A program made the translations under genes and the position numbers. DNA of 63,926 bases, counting the filler, from Octopus bimaculoides (Eukaryota): the NCBI RefSeq assembly GCF_001194135.2. It is 6 parts of 6 records of this genome, joined end to end, with 100 filler letters (N's around TTAATTAATTAA, not from the genome) between each part and the next. Parts side by side here need not be neighbours in the genome. Positions count along the whole stretch, not along the records: positions 3,794 to 19,997 come from NC_068999.1; positions 20,098 to 47,375 come from NC_068987.1; 4 more parts are not named here. One strand, written 5' to 3'. Position 1 is the stretch's first letter, and each line of letters starts with the position of its first letter. Below the pieces are notes generated by a model. That model ran no database searches. It was not told the DNA's origin and saw only the letters and a list, made by a program, of their open reading frames with translations. Positions 12,469-25,011 of this stretch are shown here, one piece after another.

Positions 12469-13480
12469 GACTATACACATATATATATATATATTTTTTT
12501 ATCATCATTTATTCATGCGTTATAATCCCTACTGTTAATCATCGTTCAACATTATCTATCATTTGATTTTAAACATTTGAAGTTATATCCCAATATATCA
12601 CAAATGTCACTCTTTCTGATACATGACTTTTCCACTCTTTTCTTTGTTTGTGCCTTCATTCACAGTGACGTTCTAGAAATATTATGTTCGTATAAACTTG
12701 GACATTTTCCTCTTAGGGGATTATATCGACGATGCTGTTGAATACGTTAAGTTAAGAGCTTTCTCATACACTAGTCTTATTTCTTTTTTATGCAAGATGG
12801 TGGGCTCTGTGAATGAGAAAACATTTAAAGCCTTATAAGATGGAGGAGATCAGATGGAGGAGACATCCTTGTGAAGTTGCCTGTGTATAGAAGGAGTTCT
12901 CCATATTCACGATGTCTCTATACCAAAAATGATTAGGTATTAATAGTTAACATTGTTGTGGTTGTTGACGGTGGTGGTGGTGGTGGTGGTGGTATTAGTT
13001 CTGCTGCTGCTACTGCTGCTGCTGGAGCGAGGTTCGCTGTGTATTTTAATTTTGTTTCTCAGTCTGTGGTATTAAATATATGCTTGGATATGTACATAAG
13101 TGCGTGTGCGTAAAAGTCTAGTTGCGTGTGTGAGTGTGTGTGTGTGTATGTGTGCGCGCGTGCGTTTGTGTGTGTTCATCTGTTGCATTCACTCTCTTTT
13201 AGTACCTTCATTGTGTCGCCACAATGTTTAATCTGAGGAAGGGCTTTCTTTCAAAATGAAGAGTGACTTACGAAAAGCGAAGGAGGGAAAGGAGGAGGCG
13301 GAGAATGTGAAGGGGATGAGAAGAAGAACAACAACAACAGTAACAAGAAATCAACAAAACCGACATAGTAGGTATAGGTACGGCTAGAATATGCACTACC
13401 CACAATAAAGAGGGATTAAAATTGTCTAATTAGGGCAAGTCTCCATATTTACAACGGACATTTATTAGTGTTGTTATTAT

Positions 13481-14020
13481 TAAGGTGGCGCATTGGCAGA
13501 ATTGTTAGCACGCCGGGCGAAAGGCTTAGCGGTATTTCGGATGACGCTACGTTCTGAGTTCAAATTCTGCCGAGGTCGACTTTGCTTTTCGTCTTTTCGG
13601 GGTCGATAAATTAAGTACCAATTACGCACTGGGGTCGATGTAATCGTCTTAATCTCCTTGTCTGTTTTTGTTTGTCCCTTCTATGTTTCGCCCCTTGTGG
13701 GCAATAAAGAAGTAAGAATCGTTAGCACGCTGGACGAAATGCTTAGCAGAATTTCGCCCATCACTTCGTTCTGAGTTCCAATTCCGCCGTAGTCGGCTTT
13801 ACCTTTCATCCTTTACACAGAGGGGAGAAACAAGGACAGACAAACGGATTAAGTCGACTTAAATTGACACCAATGCCTAACTGGTACTTAGTAAATCGAC
13901 TCCGAAAGGATGAAAGGCAAAGACGACCTTGGCGGAATTTGAACTCAGAACGTAGCGGTAGATGAAATGCCGCTTAACACTTCACCCGGTGTGCTAACGT
14001 TCCTGCCAGCGCGCCGCCTT
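13481..14020. mobile_element. SINE B cluster: + copy with LINE-like tail (13481-13711), 5'-truncated + copy (13712-13815), - copy (13816-14020)
   Basis: Heads aaggtggcg..ggcagaattgttagcacgcc (+) and ggcgtgctaacg/ccgcctt (-), with shared bodies. Confidence 0.85.
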
Positions 14021-14871
14021 GGCAGCAGTAAATATTGAAAGAAACGCATCTGACAAAATTTAGACATACGACTGTTTAAACATAATAGCAACGACGTATA
14101 TTCATCCATACCTAAGCATTAATATATGATGTGAAATATAGCTAACGTACCCTAATTGTGTAGAAGATTTTTAAGAATCATTGATGGGAACGGTAAAGAG
14201 GAAGATAAAATATGCTGTAAGATTAATATGGAAAAGTGTGGTTGAGGCAGTAATGAGCTTTAGAGAAGAGGAATAGTGACAAATATGAACATATAGCGAT
14301 GGGAACTCCTACGAGAAGACGTCGATCGTACTATAAGTTCCTATATANNNNNNNNNNNNNNNNNNNNNNNNNTATATATATATATATATATATATATATG
14401 TGCGTGAGTGCTTGTGTGTGTGTATGTGTCTACGTGTGAGTGGTAGGCCAGCAGCTGCTAACTAACCTATTTGCATATGAATTAATTCGCTGTGGACGAA
14501 CGACAAGCTTAAGATTTTGACAAAGCATTAAAGATGAGTAAGAAAAAAAAATCACCATAAAAAGGTTCTTTTTTTTTCCTATTCGGTTTATTTCTTTTTG
14601 TTTGTTGTCTTTACTTTCCGTTTCATTTGTTTGTGTTTTGTTTTGTTTTGTCTTTTTTTTTCTCATAAGTGGGTTCTTTTCGTTAAGCACATGATGGGTG
14701 CTTGGGCGATGTTTTGTAGCGATGTGTATATGTTTCTGGATGATGCGTGGAGAAAATAACCTGTTTCAAAGTTCAGTTTCGACAAAAGTTGTGCATAATA
14801 AATAGCGACACTTAATGACAACAAGGGACTCCTACAGACTGAGCATTCTGACGAACAGAAATTCTACTACT

Positions 14872-14881
14872 CCAAATAGTA

Positions 14882-14918
<37 letters not shown>

Positions 14919-14977
14919 TAATAACAATAACAATAACAATAATAACGATAACAATAATAATAATAATATTATTGATG

Positions 14978-15016
<39 letters not shown>

Positions 15017-16250
15017 GTAATAGTAATAATAATAACAATAACAATAACAATAACAATAACAATAATAATGATTACAATAATAATAATAATAATATTGATG
15101 ATAATGATAGTAATAATAACAATGATGATGATAATAATAATAATAATAATAATAATACTAATAAAAATAATAATAATAATAATAATAAGGATAATAATAA
15201 TGAAAATAATATTAATGATGATAATAANNNNNNNNNNNNNNNNNNNNNNNNNNNNNNNNNNNNNNNNNNNNNNNNNNNNNNNNNNNNNNNNNNNNNNNNN
15301 NNNNNNNNNNNNNNNNNNNNNNNNNNNNNNNNNNNNNNNNNNNNNNNNNNNNNNNNNNNNNNNNNNNNNNNNNNNNNNNNNNNNNNNNNNNNNNNNNNNN
15401 NNNNNNNNNNNNNNNNNNNNNNNNNNNNNNNNNNNNNNNNNNNNNNNNNNNNNNNNNNNNNNNNNNNNNNNNNNNNNNNNNNNNNNNNNNNNNNNNNNNN
15501 NNNNNNNNNNNNNNNNNNNNNNNNNNNNNNNNNNNNNNNNNNNNNNNNNNNNNNNNNNNNNNNNNNNNNNNNNNNNNNNNNNNNNNNNNNNNNNNNNNNN
15601 NNNNNNNNNNNNNNNNNNNNNNNNNNNNNNNNNNNNNNNNNNNNNNNNNNNNNNNNNNNNNNNNNNNNNNNNNNNNNNNNNNNNNNNNNNNNNNNNNNNN
15701 NNNNNNNNNNNNNNNNNNNNNNNNNNNNNNNNNNNNNNNNNNNNNNNNNNNNNNNNNNNNNNNNNNNNNNNNNNNNNNNNNNNNNNNNNNNNNNNNNNNN
15801 NNNNNNNNNNNNNNNNNNNNNNNNNNNNNNNNNNNNNNNNNNNNNNNNNNNNNNNNNNNNNNNNNNNNNNNNNNNNNNNNNNNNNNNNNNNNNNNNNNNN
15901 NNNNNNNNNNNNNNNNNNNNNNNNNNNNNNNNNNNNNNNNNNNNNNNNNNNNNNNNNNNNNNNNNNNNNNNNNNNNNNNNNNNNNNNNNNNNNNNNNNNN
16001 NNNNNNNNNNNNNNNNNNNNNNNNNNNNNNNNNNNNNNNNNNNNNNNNNNNNNNNNNNNNNNNNNNNNNNNNNNNNNNNNNNNNNNNNNNNNNNNNNNNN
16101 NNNNNNNNNNNNNNNNNNNNNNNNNNNNNNNNNNNNNNNNNNNNNNNNNNNNNNNNNNNNNNNNNNNNNNNNNNNNNNNNNNNNNNNNNNNNNNNNNNNN
16201 NNNNAATAATAATAATAATAATACTAATAAAAATAATAATAATAAACAGA
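14872..16250. repeat. (AAT/AAC/GAT)n microsatellite flanking a ~1-kb gap
   Basis: Direct inspection. It accounts for the poly-N/I ORFs. Confidence 0.95.
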
Positions 16251-16456
16251 ATGAATAATTGAGAAAGATTTGTTCAACAACGATGCCGAATGTTTGAAAC
16301 TGATATTACATGACGAATTCAGGAAGAACAATAAAGTTTAAAGGAAAAGTCCGTTGTAATATCTTTCAAAGTCCAAAAGATCCATGAAAACTTTGAAGAA
16401 TCTCCAATAGTCACACAGATAATGAACTACGCAGACTCCGATTCATATATGTATAC

Positions 16457-16790
16457 GTGAAGGCACGTGGCTTAGGGGTTAGGGCATTCGGCTTATATTC
16501 ATGAGGTCGTGCGTTCAATTCCCAGCGACGCGTTGTGTCCTTGAGCAAGACACTTTATTTCACGTTGTCCCAGTCCAGTCAGCTGGCCAAAATATGTAGC
16601 ACCTATAATTTACTTATAATTCAACGGGCCAGCCGTGTCACACTTTTTAGCGCTGGAACTCCCTGAGAACTACGTTAGGGGTACACGTGTTTGTGGATTG
16701 CTCAGTCACTTGCACTTTAATTTCACGAGCAAGCTGTTCCGTTGATCGTATCAGCTGGCACCCTAGTCGTCGTAACCGACGGAGTGCCCC
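16457..16790 (+). mobile_element. tRNA-headed SINE family C
   Basis: A-box-like gtggcttaggggttag, B-box-like gttcaattcc, then gtgtccttgagcaagacactttatttcacgttg. Related copies are at 36722, 48295 and 61060. Confidence 0.8.
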
Positions 16791-16817
16791 TCATATACAT
16801 TTATAAANNNNNNNNNN

Positions 16818-16900
<83 letters not shown>

Positions 16901-16914
16901 GTTTAACTTTACTT

Positions 16915-17160
16915 ACAGAAAGGCAAAAGACGAAGATACATGAATAAACAACAAGCAGGTGTATTAGTTTGACGCTCGGGAAGATGAGAAAGTCTTTGAT
17001 GCTTCGAGCCTACGCTCGTCAACAGAAACGAACACGAGGAGATGACCAGAAGGAGAGAAAGAATAAAAAACAACAAAAACTTTTGGAGTTAGCAGTCAGT
17101 CATAGCGACTGGCTGGACAAAGGTAGTTACAGAGGAGAGCTTGCAAGAAGGGGAGATAAT
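16915..17160 (-). mobile_element. Dispersed PLE pLTR-like repeat with hammerhead-like core
   Basis: Same family as 21732-22060 (+) and 34940-35070 (-). Minus strand reads TTGACGAG cgtagg CTC GAAGC ATC aaagact. Confidence 0.55.
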
Positions 17161-17254
17161 AAAGTGTTGGTGATCCTAAGACGAAGAAGCGCGTGCATAN
17201 NNNNNNNNNTATACGCATACACACATACTCATATATATTCTTTCATATTATAAG

Positions 17255-17348
17255 AACAAGGCCTAAAATTTGGGGGAGTGAGATAGTCGATTACATCGAC
17301 CTCAGTATTCAACTGATACCTAATTTATCTACCCCGAAAGGATGAAAG
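17255..17348 (-). mobile_element. SINE B 3' fragment
   Basis: acaaggcctaaaatttggggg...gtcgattacatcgacc...ccccgaaaggatgaaagg. Confidence 0.75.
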
Positions 17349-19048
17349 GATGCGGGGAGACGAAGAGAGAGATTTTAAACTTCAAAATTTTATCTTTGTA
17401 AATTAAACAGGTGATAAAAATGTAGGTATAATGTGTAGGTTATCTCAGACTGGTCACATATGTAACCTAAAGTCTGCTGATTAACGTGAGGACAATAGTA
17501 AAATGAATAAATAAATAAAAATAAGCTAGAGAATGGATGAGCCTGGAAGCAAGGTTTAAATGATTCCAACAAAAGCTAAGTCTAATAAATTATATGAAGA
17601 AGCAGTTGGTAGTGAGTTTAAACTGGGCGCCATATTATATTTTGCAACAAAAAGTGAGGCCTGCTTTATTATAAACGAACAGAGACACAGCCGACAAAAT
17701 ATTGGTGTCCAGGCGTTAAACACATGTAATACGATACACAATCGTATATTAATTGTAAACGATTTAATTTCTCAATTCAATTTATTCAAATAAACTTAAC
17801 AGTATTTATATTTCAATTTCAACTAAGAAAAAAATAGTCTGTACCACATGCTGCTTGAAATCTTAAAAGTAAAATAGTAAACATGATAAATAGAAAGCCA
17901 TGAGTGTAAACTGATTCCTGCAAAAATGAATTTGCCAACAGCAAATACAATGTAAACGGAGACATTATTACCTTAGTTACGTTGTTTTAATCTATAAATC
18001 ATACCCACAACGTGTCGAAATGTTGTTCTAGCTCTCAGTTGTTTGATGGACTGAACAGTTTTTAGATATCTTCAAAATTTTCAGTCACAGGTCAGGGCTT
18101 GAATCAGAAACAGGAGACAGATTCTAGAACTGGGATTCGACAAAACCTTTGGAGGGTAGTGCTTAAGAATGGGTACATCTGTGCTCAGGACGCTGGCTGG
18201 GGCAGAAATATGAGTCTTGCGCTGTCATCGTATATTTAGACAATCACTATTTTTCTACACAATGATGCGTTAAATTTTGACACTACCTGATTCCTAACAA
18301 TTTCCCTTGGAGTTAATCCACAAAGTCTGAGGGCAATACAGTTATATGCGCAGGAAGGGGAGATTATTGCAATATGTTTCCTTAACATCTTATTGCGACC
18401 TTTTTATTCATGTATTAATCCAGATTCGGTTAACAGTAAATTAGATTTGCAGCATCAGTATGCACTGTGTTGTCTGCTCAATAGTTATAATATAGACACT
18501 ACATAATAATTATACCAAATAATTAATATACTTAGCAAAATAAATATATACACAAANNNNNNNNNNCAGTCATAAAGACAGACATAAATACACACATATG
18601 CATAATTATGTATTATATCAGTAACCGGGTAGAAAATGACTAAAGGAAGTACTCAATACCCCATAAAAGCAAAGTCAATATCCTTGTTATTGATCTGCTG
18701 ACGCAGTATAATACTGTAATTTCCTCAATATATTCCTGTATCTCTTCAATAGCCAGACGGCATATATAATGGAACCAGTTCATTATATATTAAGTTTCAC
18801 CTTTGAAGAGGTACATGAATATATTGAATCAATGATGGTGATGTGACACTTATAGAAAAAAATGATGAAAATATCAACAATAACACTGATCGAGGGTTAT
18901 ACTATTTGTTGAGAATGTAATTACACAGCACACATATGTATATAAGCATTGTCAAAATTTCACTGCTAGTGAGTAGTGTGCATATGTCAGCATATATGTA
19001 ATCTATATGTGCATCTGCATGACTGCATGGTTTAATATACATATACAA

Positions 19049-19092
<44 letters not shown>

Positions 19093-19238
19093 TTGGTTCG
19101 TGAAGTTTCGATCTCATGAAGTAACGTCATGACCGTGCGTTATTTGCAGTAGCCTCCGCTTAATACAATCATTGAAAATTGCAAGAAGGAAATAGTGAGG
19201 AAACCTTTGATCTGCAACATATGTACCTGTGTGTGTGG

Positions 19239-19310
<72 letters not shown>

Positions 19311-21731
19311 TTGTGTGTGTGTACATATATGTGTATATGCATGTATATAGATATAGACATATGAATATATACCGTGAAGAGAGTTTGGCATTACTTTTAT
19401 TTAATTTTTTTTATTTTTCAGTAAAGGACCATTTTAAAACTCACTATGCTTAGTGGTGTTTGTATTTGAACAAGCCCTTAGATTTCGCTGTTTCATCAAA
19501 AATAAAAAATAAAAACACAATGTGAGGTTCTCATATGCAGATGTAATGATGATGAGAGACTCATTAGAGATCGTTTATTACAGCTTGCACGTACACTTAA
19601 TAGACAACATCTAAAGACATGATGTCTTAAAAATGAGAGGATGTGTTAGAAATTTGAAAGTTATGTGAATAGTAAAATTTCCGTGTAGGTAGCGAAGATA
19701 TAGTGTAAAATGAACCACGAAATTTCGTAGAAAAACTAAATCACATTTCTATCTTACAGTTAAAATTTAATACAGACACAATTGCTCGAGTTTTTCCTAA
19801 CAAGATAAGAAAATATGATCGGCATGACTAAGTGAAAGTGCTACGATCGTGTTTAATAAGAGTGCATGACATTCAGGCAACATCAACTGCTCCTTCACAA
19901 AAGATGTGTACCTATATATGAATACTACATATATGCGTATAGATATCTATGTAGAAATATACGTAGGTATGAGTGACTGTAGATATATATATATATANNN
20001 NNNNNNNNNNNNNNNNNNNNNNNNNNNNNNNNNNNNNNNNNTTAATTAATTAANNNNNNNNNNNNNNNNNNNNNNNNNNNNNNNNNNNNNNNNNNNNTAT
20101 ATTTACATAAAAGTTCATCGGTATTCAAAAATCTGTCCATATTGTACCACAATTCAGGGTAGAGTGAATGATAAATAAATATAAACTAGTGTATATGAGA
20201 TAAAAGGAGAGGATCAAAAATGAAAGAAGTTAGAGGTTAAACAATATAAAATACGATAAAAACAATATAAAATAAGAGATAAGATACAAAAATAATAGAA
20301 GTCAAATGGAGGGTGATATAAGAAAAAATACAGATAATAAAGTAAGATGGATATAAAAGATTTAGTAGGGTTGGAATAAGGTAATAAAGGAAATGGGATA
20401 AAGAAATGGAAGAAATAAAAAAATGAAATAAAAGAAGTAAAGAGAAAGAGAAATAAGAAAAAACCTAAAAATAGAAAAATAGATAAAGACAAATAAAGAT
20501 ATAAGATCCCAATTGACAGAAAAACATGATGCTGTCTTGGCCAGGAATAGTGGGGGATCATAAATAATTTCTTAGCTAGAGTAAGGTTGAAATATGATAT
20601 CCTTGTGATGAGTGGTCAGTTTACCCAAGGTACACCACTACAACTTAAGTATATGAACTTATCTATTATATTGGTACATACACTTACTTAGAAGATAAAT
20701 AAATAAATGATGGAAGTGGTAAAGAGTAATTAGAAAGTACAAAAACTAAAAAAAGAAAAATTAGAAAATGTAAAAAAAGGTTAGAAAATATAAAGAGGAA
20801 AACTAGTTTTGAAGTTAAAAATAAAAAATAAAAAGTATGGGAAACAATTATAATAGTAGTAATATAATAGTAATAATGTATTACATAATGTAATAGTAAT
20901 AAAAAATAACAACAACAATAACAATAATAATATAGTGGTTTGAAAAAGTACATTTATTGGAAAAATATTGTGATTGGGGAAGTTTCAGCTTATCTATTTG
21001 TGTAAATTATATGTCATAGTGCAACTACTACTATAATTGTGTTTTAATCGTTTGGGTATTGCTATATGAAGTTAAAGGAGTCTGGGTTTGTATCTCCTAA
21101 TGAATACTAGTATAATATTGTTATAAAAACATTGAAGTGATGAGTGTTATTTAATGTTACCTTTGTGTATTGTAGTGTTATTCGAAATTTTAGAGCCAGT
21201 GACAAAATTGTTTAGTAATTTTCCTGTAAAAATGGGATTAAAGATCTTGGGTTATTAAATATGTGTGTACTATATGGGGTCAGAATCTAGCTATGTGAGG
21301 ATAAACTGAATAATTAAAGTAAATAGTTAAGTTGTTGGGGGTAGAGTATGGGCTTCGTTAATTCAATGCCTGAATGGTGGTAGGATGGATCCGGCGAGGG
21401 AATTACCAATGAGAGAAGATGATGAAGTGATTATAACTTAAAAGTGGGGACTTAAGGATTATAGTATTTAAAGGTTTTAATCATTTTATGTATACAAGAT
21501 GGTTTGAATTCTGATCTCTTATTAATTAGCTTGTTCTAATGATTTTCAATAACCCTGAAACCCGGGTCCGTTCGTGCTACAGATCATGATGGGAGGGGTA
21601 ACTTCCCTTGGCAAACAGGACACAGTAGTGTGTCGATAAGCCAGCTGGAGGAGATGTCCTCCTGGGGCTAAAAGCAACAGTAACATCCACCCCTAGGGGT
21701 CAGCCACACTTAAGTGGCAATATACTACACT

Positions 21732-21827
21732 GTCAAAGACTTTCCGTATTCCCGAGCGTCATACTAATATATACTTTTGTTATTTACACCACCTGTCCTC
21801 GTCTGTTGTTATTATTTGTATATTCTC

Positions 21828-21867
<40 letters not shown>

Positions 21868-22060
21868 CGTTTTTGGATTTGGTTTGCAAGATTTTGTATG
21901 TGATTTCGTGTGTTGAAGCATATTCTGTTGTGTCTGGGGAGAGTCATTTTCTTATTGTGCCTTAAAATTTAACACACTCACCGTTAAAATTTCCACTTAT
22001 TTCTTATTTTCATTTTCCTAATATTTTCGTTGTGTTTTGCAACCTTTTCAATAGTCTTGA
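21732..22060 (+). mobile_element. Same pLTR-like repeat family as 16915 and 34940, 5'-truncated
   Basis: gtcaaagactttcc..ttcccgagcgtca.actaata matches the reverse complement of 16960-17000. Confidence 0.55.
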
Positions 22061-23299
22061 CTCTCTCCGTTATTTATGCTGCGTTCTGTTTGTGCTTTTG
22101 TTTGTTTTTGCGCATGTGTGTCTGTGTGTGTGTATGCATGCATGCATGTATGTGTGCATGTGTGTGTATGTATGTCTGTGTGTGTGTGTGTGCATATGTA
22201 TATATGTATGTATGTGTGTGTTTGCATGTATGTATGTATGTATTCTGTATTTGCGTGTGGTTTTTTTTTATGTATGTGTGTGCATGTGTGTATATGTATG
22301 TATGTACCTGTCTCCTTGTGTGTGCATGTCTGAGTGTGTGTGTGTGTGTTTTGCTGCTATGTACCATGTTTGTATGTATGGGTGCACATCTTCATATGTG
22401 TGGACAAGTGTGTGTGTATATGTGGCCATGTGTTTCAGTCTCTATTTGCATATGTGGTTGTCTGTTCATATACCCTATGTACCTACCCGTCTGTATGTAG
22501 ACCTGTTGGTTTACATATACATACATGTGCATGCACACACACACACATACACCCACACTCACAGACATACATACATCTGTCTGCATAAAAGTCCATTANN
22601 NNNNNNNNNNNNNNNNNNNNNNNNNNNNNNNNNNNNNNNNNNNNNNNNNNNNNNNNNNNNNNNNNNNNNNNNNNNNNNNNNNNNNNNNNNNNNNNNNNNN
22701 NNNNNNNNNNNNNNNNNNNNNNNNNNNNNNNNNNNNNNNNNNNNNNNNNNNNNNNNNNNNNNNNNNNNNNNNNNNNNNNNNNNNNNNNNNNNNNNNNNNN
22801 NNNNNNNNNNNNNNNNNNNNNNNNNNNNNNNNNNNNNNNNNNNNNNNNNNNNNNNNNNNNNNNNNNNNNNNNNNNNNNNNNNNNNNNNNNNNNNNNNNNN
22901 NNNNNNNNNNNNNNNNNNNNNNNNNNNNNNNNNNNNNNNNNNNNNNNNNNNNNNNNNNNNNNNNNNNNNNNNNNNNNNNNNNNNNNNNNNNNNNNNNNNN
23001 NNNNNNNNNNNNNNNNNNNNNNNNNNNNNNNNNNNNNNNNNNNNNNNNNNNNNNNNNNNNNNNNNNNNNNNNNNNNNNNNNNNNNNNNNNNNNNNNNNNN
23101 NNNNNNNNNNNNNNNNNNNNNNNNNNNNNNNNNNNNNNNNNNNNNNNNNNNNNATTCAGGTCTTTACAAGCACCTTCCATGCATTTTATGCTGTAAACTA
23201 CATTTCTATTTCTGCAGTTAATGCTAGGGCTAATCCTACATACCATGCAGTTATCATTGGTACATATGGTATTCTCAAAGGGGTACGTCCTACATAGTT

Positions 23300-23635
23300 G
23301 TGATCTGATGGACATTAATATCATAGTTAGGACCAACTCTAGTGATGGTCATGTAGAAACAGAAAGGAATGTAATGGAGAGCATCCAGCAAATAGCTAAC
23401 TCCATCCACCAAAGTATCAAGGTAACTATAGATTACCCGACTAAACACCCCAACAATAGGCTCCCAGTACTTGATACGGAACTTTGGTTAGAGACTATGA
23501 ACAATAGTGTGCAGCTCCTCCACTCATATTATATGAAACCCATAGCTTCAAAACATGTTGTTCACAAGAACCCAGCTTTGTCACACAGCATGAAAATTAA
23601 CATACTGATAGCAAACTTAGTTAGGAATGCTAGCA
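23300..23635 (+). mobile_element. PLE reverse transcriptase C-terminal fragment
   Basis: MESIQQIANSIHQSIKVTIDYP..HPNNRLPVLDTELW...HSYYMKPIASKHVVH resembles the PLE RT palm/thumb region. Confidence 0.65.
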
Positions 23636-24036
23636 AGCCACTGAAAACAACAGAAGAAAACTTCCCTAGCTTAGGGCTACCATTAGCTGCTGAACCTGAC
23701 AGCTTGAAGGCCACTGTCACTACCACCAATAACAGCAAAACTAATGCTGCAAGACCATCCACCATCACTGCCACCAAATACATCAGCTCTGCTGTCAACA
23801 CCATCACCACCACAACAACTTCTGTTCCTACAACTATCTCCTCTGCCACTGACACCACCACTAACAAATTTTGCTGAAGCAATAAAACAAAAAAGAACCA
23901 AAGTCAAATTCACCGCGCAACAAATAAATGACACAAAAGCCCTCCTTAAGAAAGAAGGAGATAATTTACACCTCCACATCCCAAAAAACATCCTAGAAAA
24001 CAAACAGAAAAGAACGATCATCTATAAAATTATCAA

Positions 24037-24399
24037 CATCATCATCATCATTTAACATCCGCTTTCCATGCTAGCATGGGTTGGACGATTTGACTGAGGA
24101 CTGGTGAAACCAGATGGCTACACCAGGCTCCAATCTGATTTGGCAGGGTTTCTACAGCTGGATGCCCTTCCTAAGGCCAACCACTCTGAGAGTGTAGTGG
24201 GTGCTTTTACGTGCCACCAGCACGAAGGCCAGTCAGGCAGTACTGGCAACGGCCACGCTCAAATGGTGTATTTTATGTGCCACCCGCACAAGAGCCAGTC
24301 CAGGGGCACTGGCAACGATCTCGCTCGAAAGTCCTTACACATGCCTCGGGCACAAGTGCCAGAAAGGCGACGCTGGGCACAGGTGCCATCCCGATTTCG
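24037..24399 (-). mobile_element. RTE-associated 3' end repeat with (GAT)n tail and internal subrepeats
   Basis: Reverse complement of 62464-62778. It ends in gatgatgatg. Confidence 0.85.
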
Positions 24400-24403
24400 G
24401 TAA

Positions 24404-25010
24404 ATAAGCTGAATAACAGCAAGTCTCCAGGATCTGATGGAATCTGTGCAGAAGTCTTGAAATATGGGGGTGACAAAATGTTTGAACTCTTATTTGTTAC
24501 TGTTGGGGAACTGAGAAAGTGCCTCAAGACTGGATTGATGCCATTTTGGTCTCCTTATATAAATCGGGGCCAAAGGATCTGTGTGGTAATTTTCGTGGGA
24601 TTTCCCTTTTGTCTGTGGGTGGAAAGGTGCTCGCCCGCATTTTGTTAGAATGTTTAAATACATTTATAGTTCCAAATATAGTGTCTGAGTCTCAGTGTGG
24701 TTTTCATTCCTCCAGGGGCACAGTTGATTGTATCTTTACTGTCAGAGAAGTACAAGAGAAGTGCATTGAACAGAATCTTGTTCTGTACCATTGCTTTGTT
24801 GATTTGAGCAAAGCATTCGATACTGTTAATCGAAGTGCTCTGTGGCTAATTCTGGGGAAAATAGGTTGCCCAGAAAAGTTTATAAACATGAGCAGGGCTT
24901 TGCATCAGGATATGAGAGCTAGGGTTAATTTTGGTGGTAGGCTTTCTGAATCTTTTGCTGTGGAAAATGGAATAAAGCAGGGAGACCTTGATGCACCCAC
25001 CCTCTTTGCA
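24404..25010 (+). mobile_element. RTE-clade LINE reverse transcriptase fragment (frameshifted)
   Basis: KSPGSDGI, NFRGISLLSVGGKVLARIL, ESQCGF, FVDLSKAFDTVNR, GIKQG..APTLF. Confidence 0.9.
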
Positions 25011-25011
25011 A

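Noticed and set aside
14815-16258. Long poly-N, poly-I and poly-X ORFs (also at 9893, 22032, 49225, 51629 and others)
   Set aside because: Products of microsatellites and N gaps.
18110-18240. GC-richer block with a possible acceptor and a 49-codon open frame
   Set aside because: No recognisable domain and no donor. It cannot be supported without transcripts.
21600-21706. HDV-like ribozyme on the minus strand
   Set aside because: A P1-like pairing exists (ggcuga/uuagcc), but the P1.1 and P3 elements do not fit.
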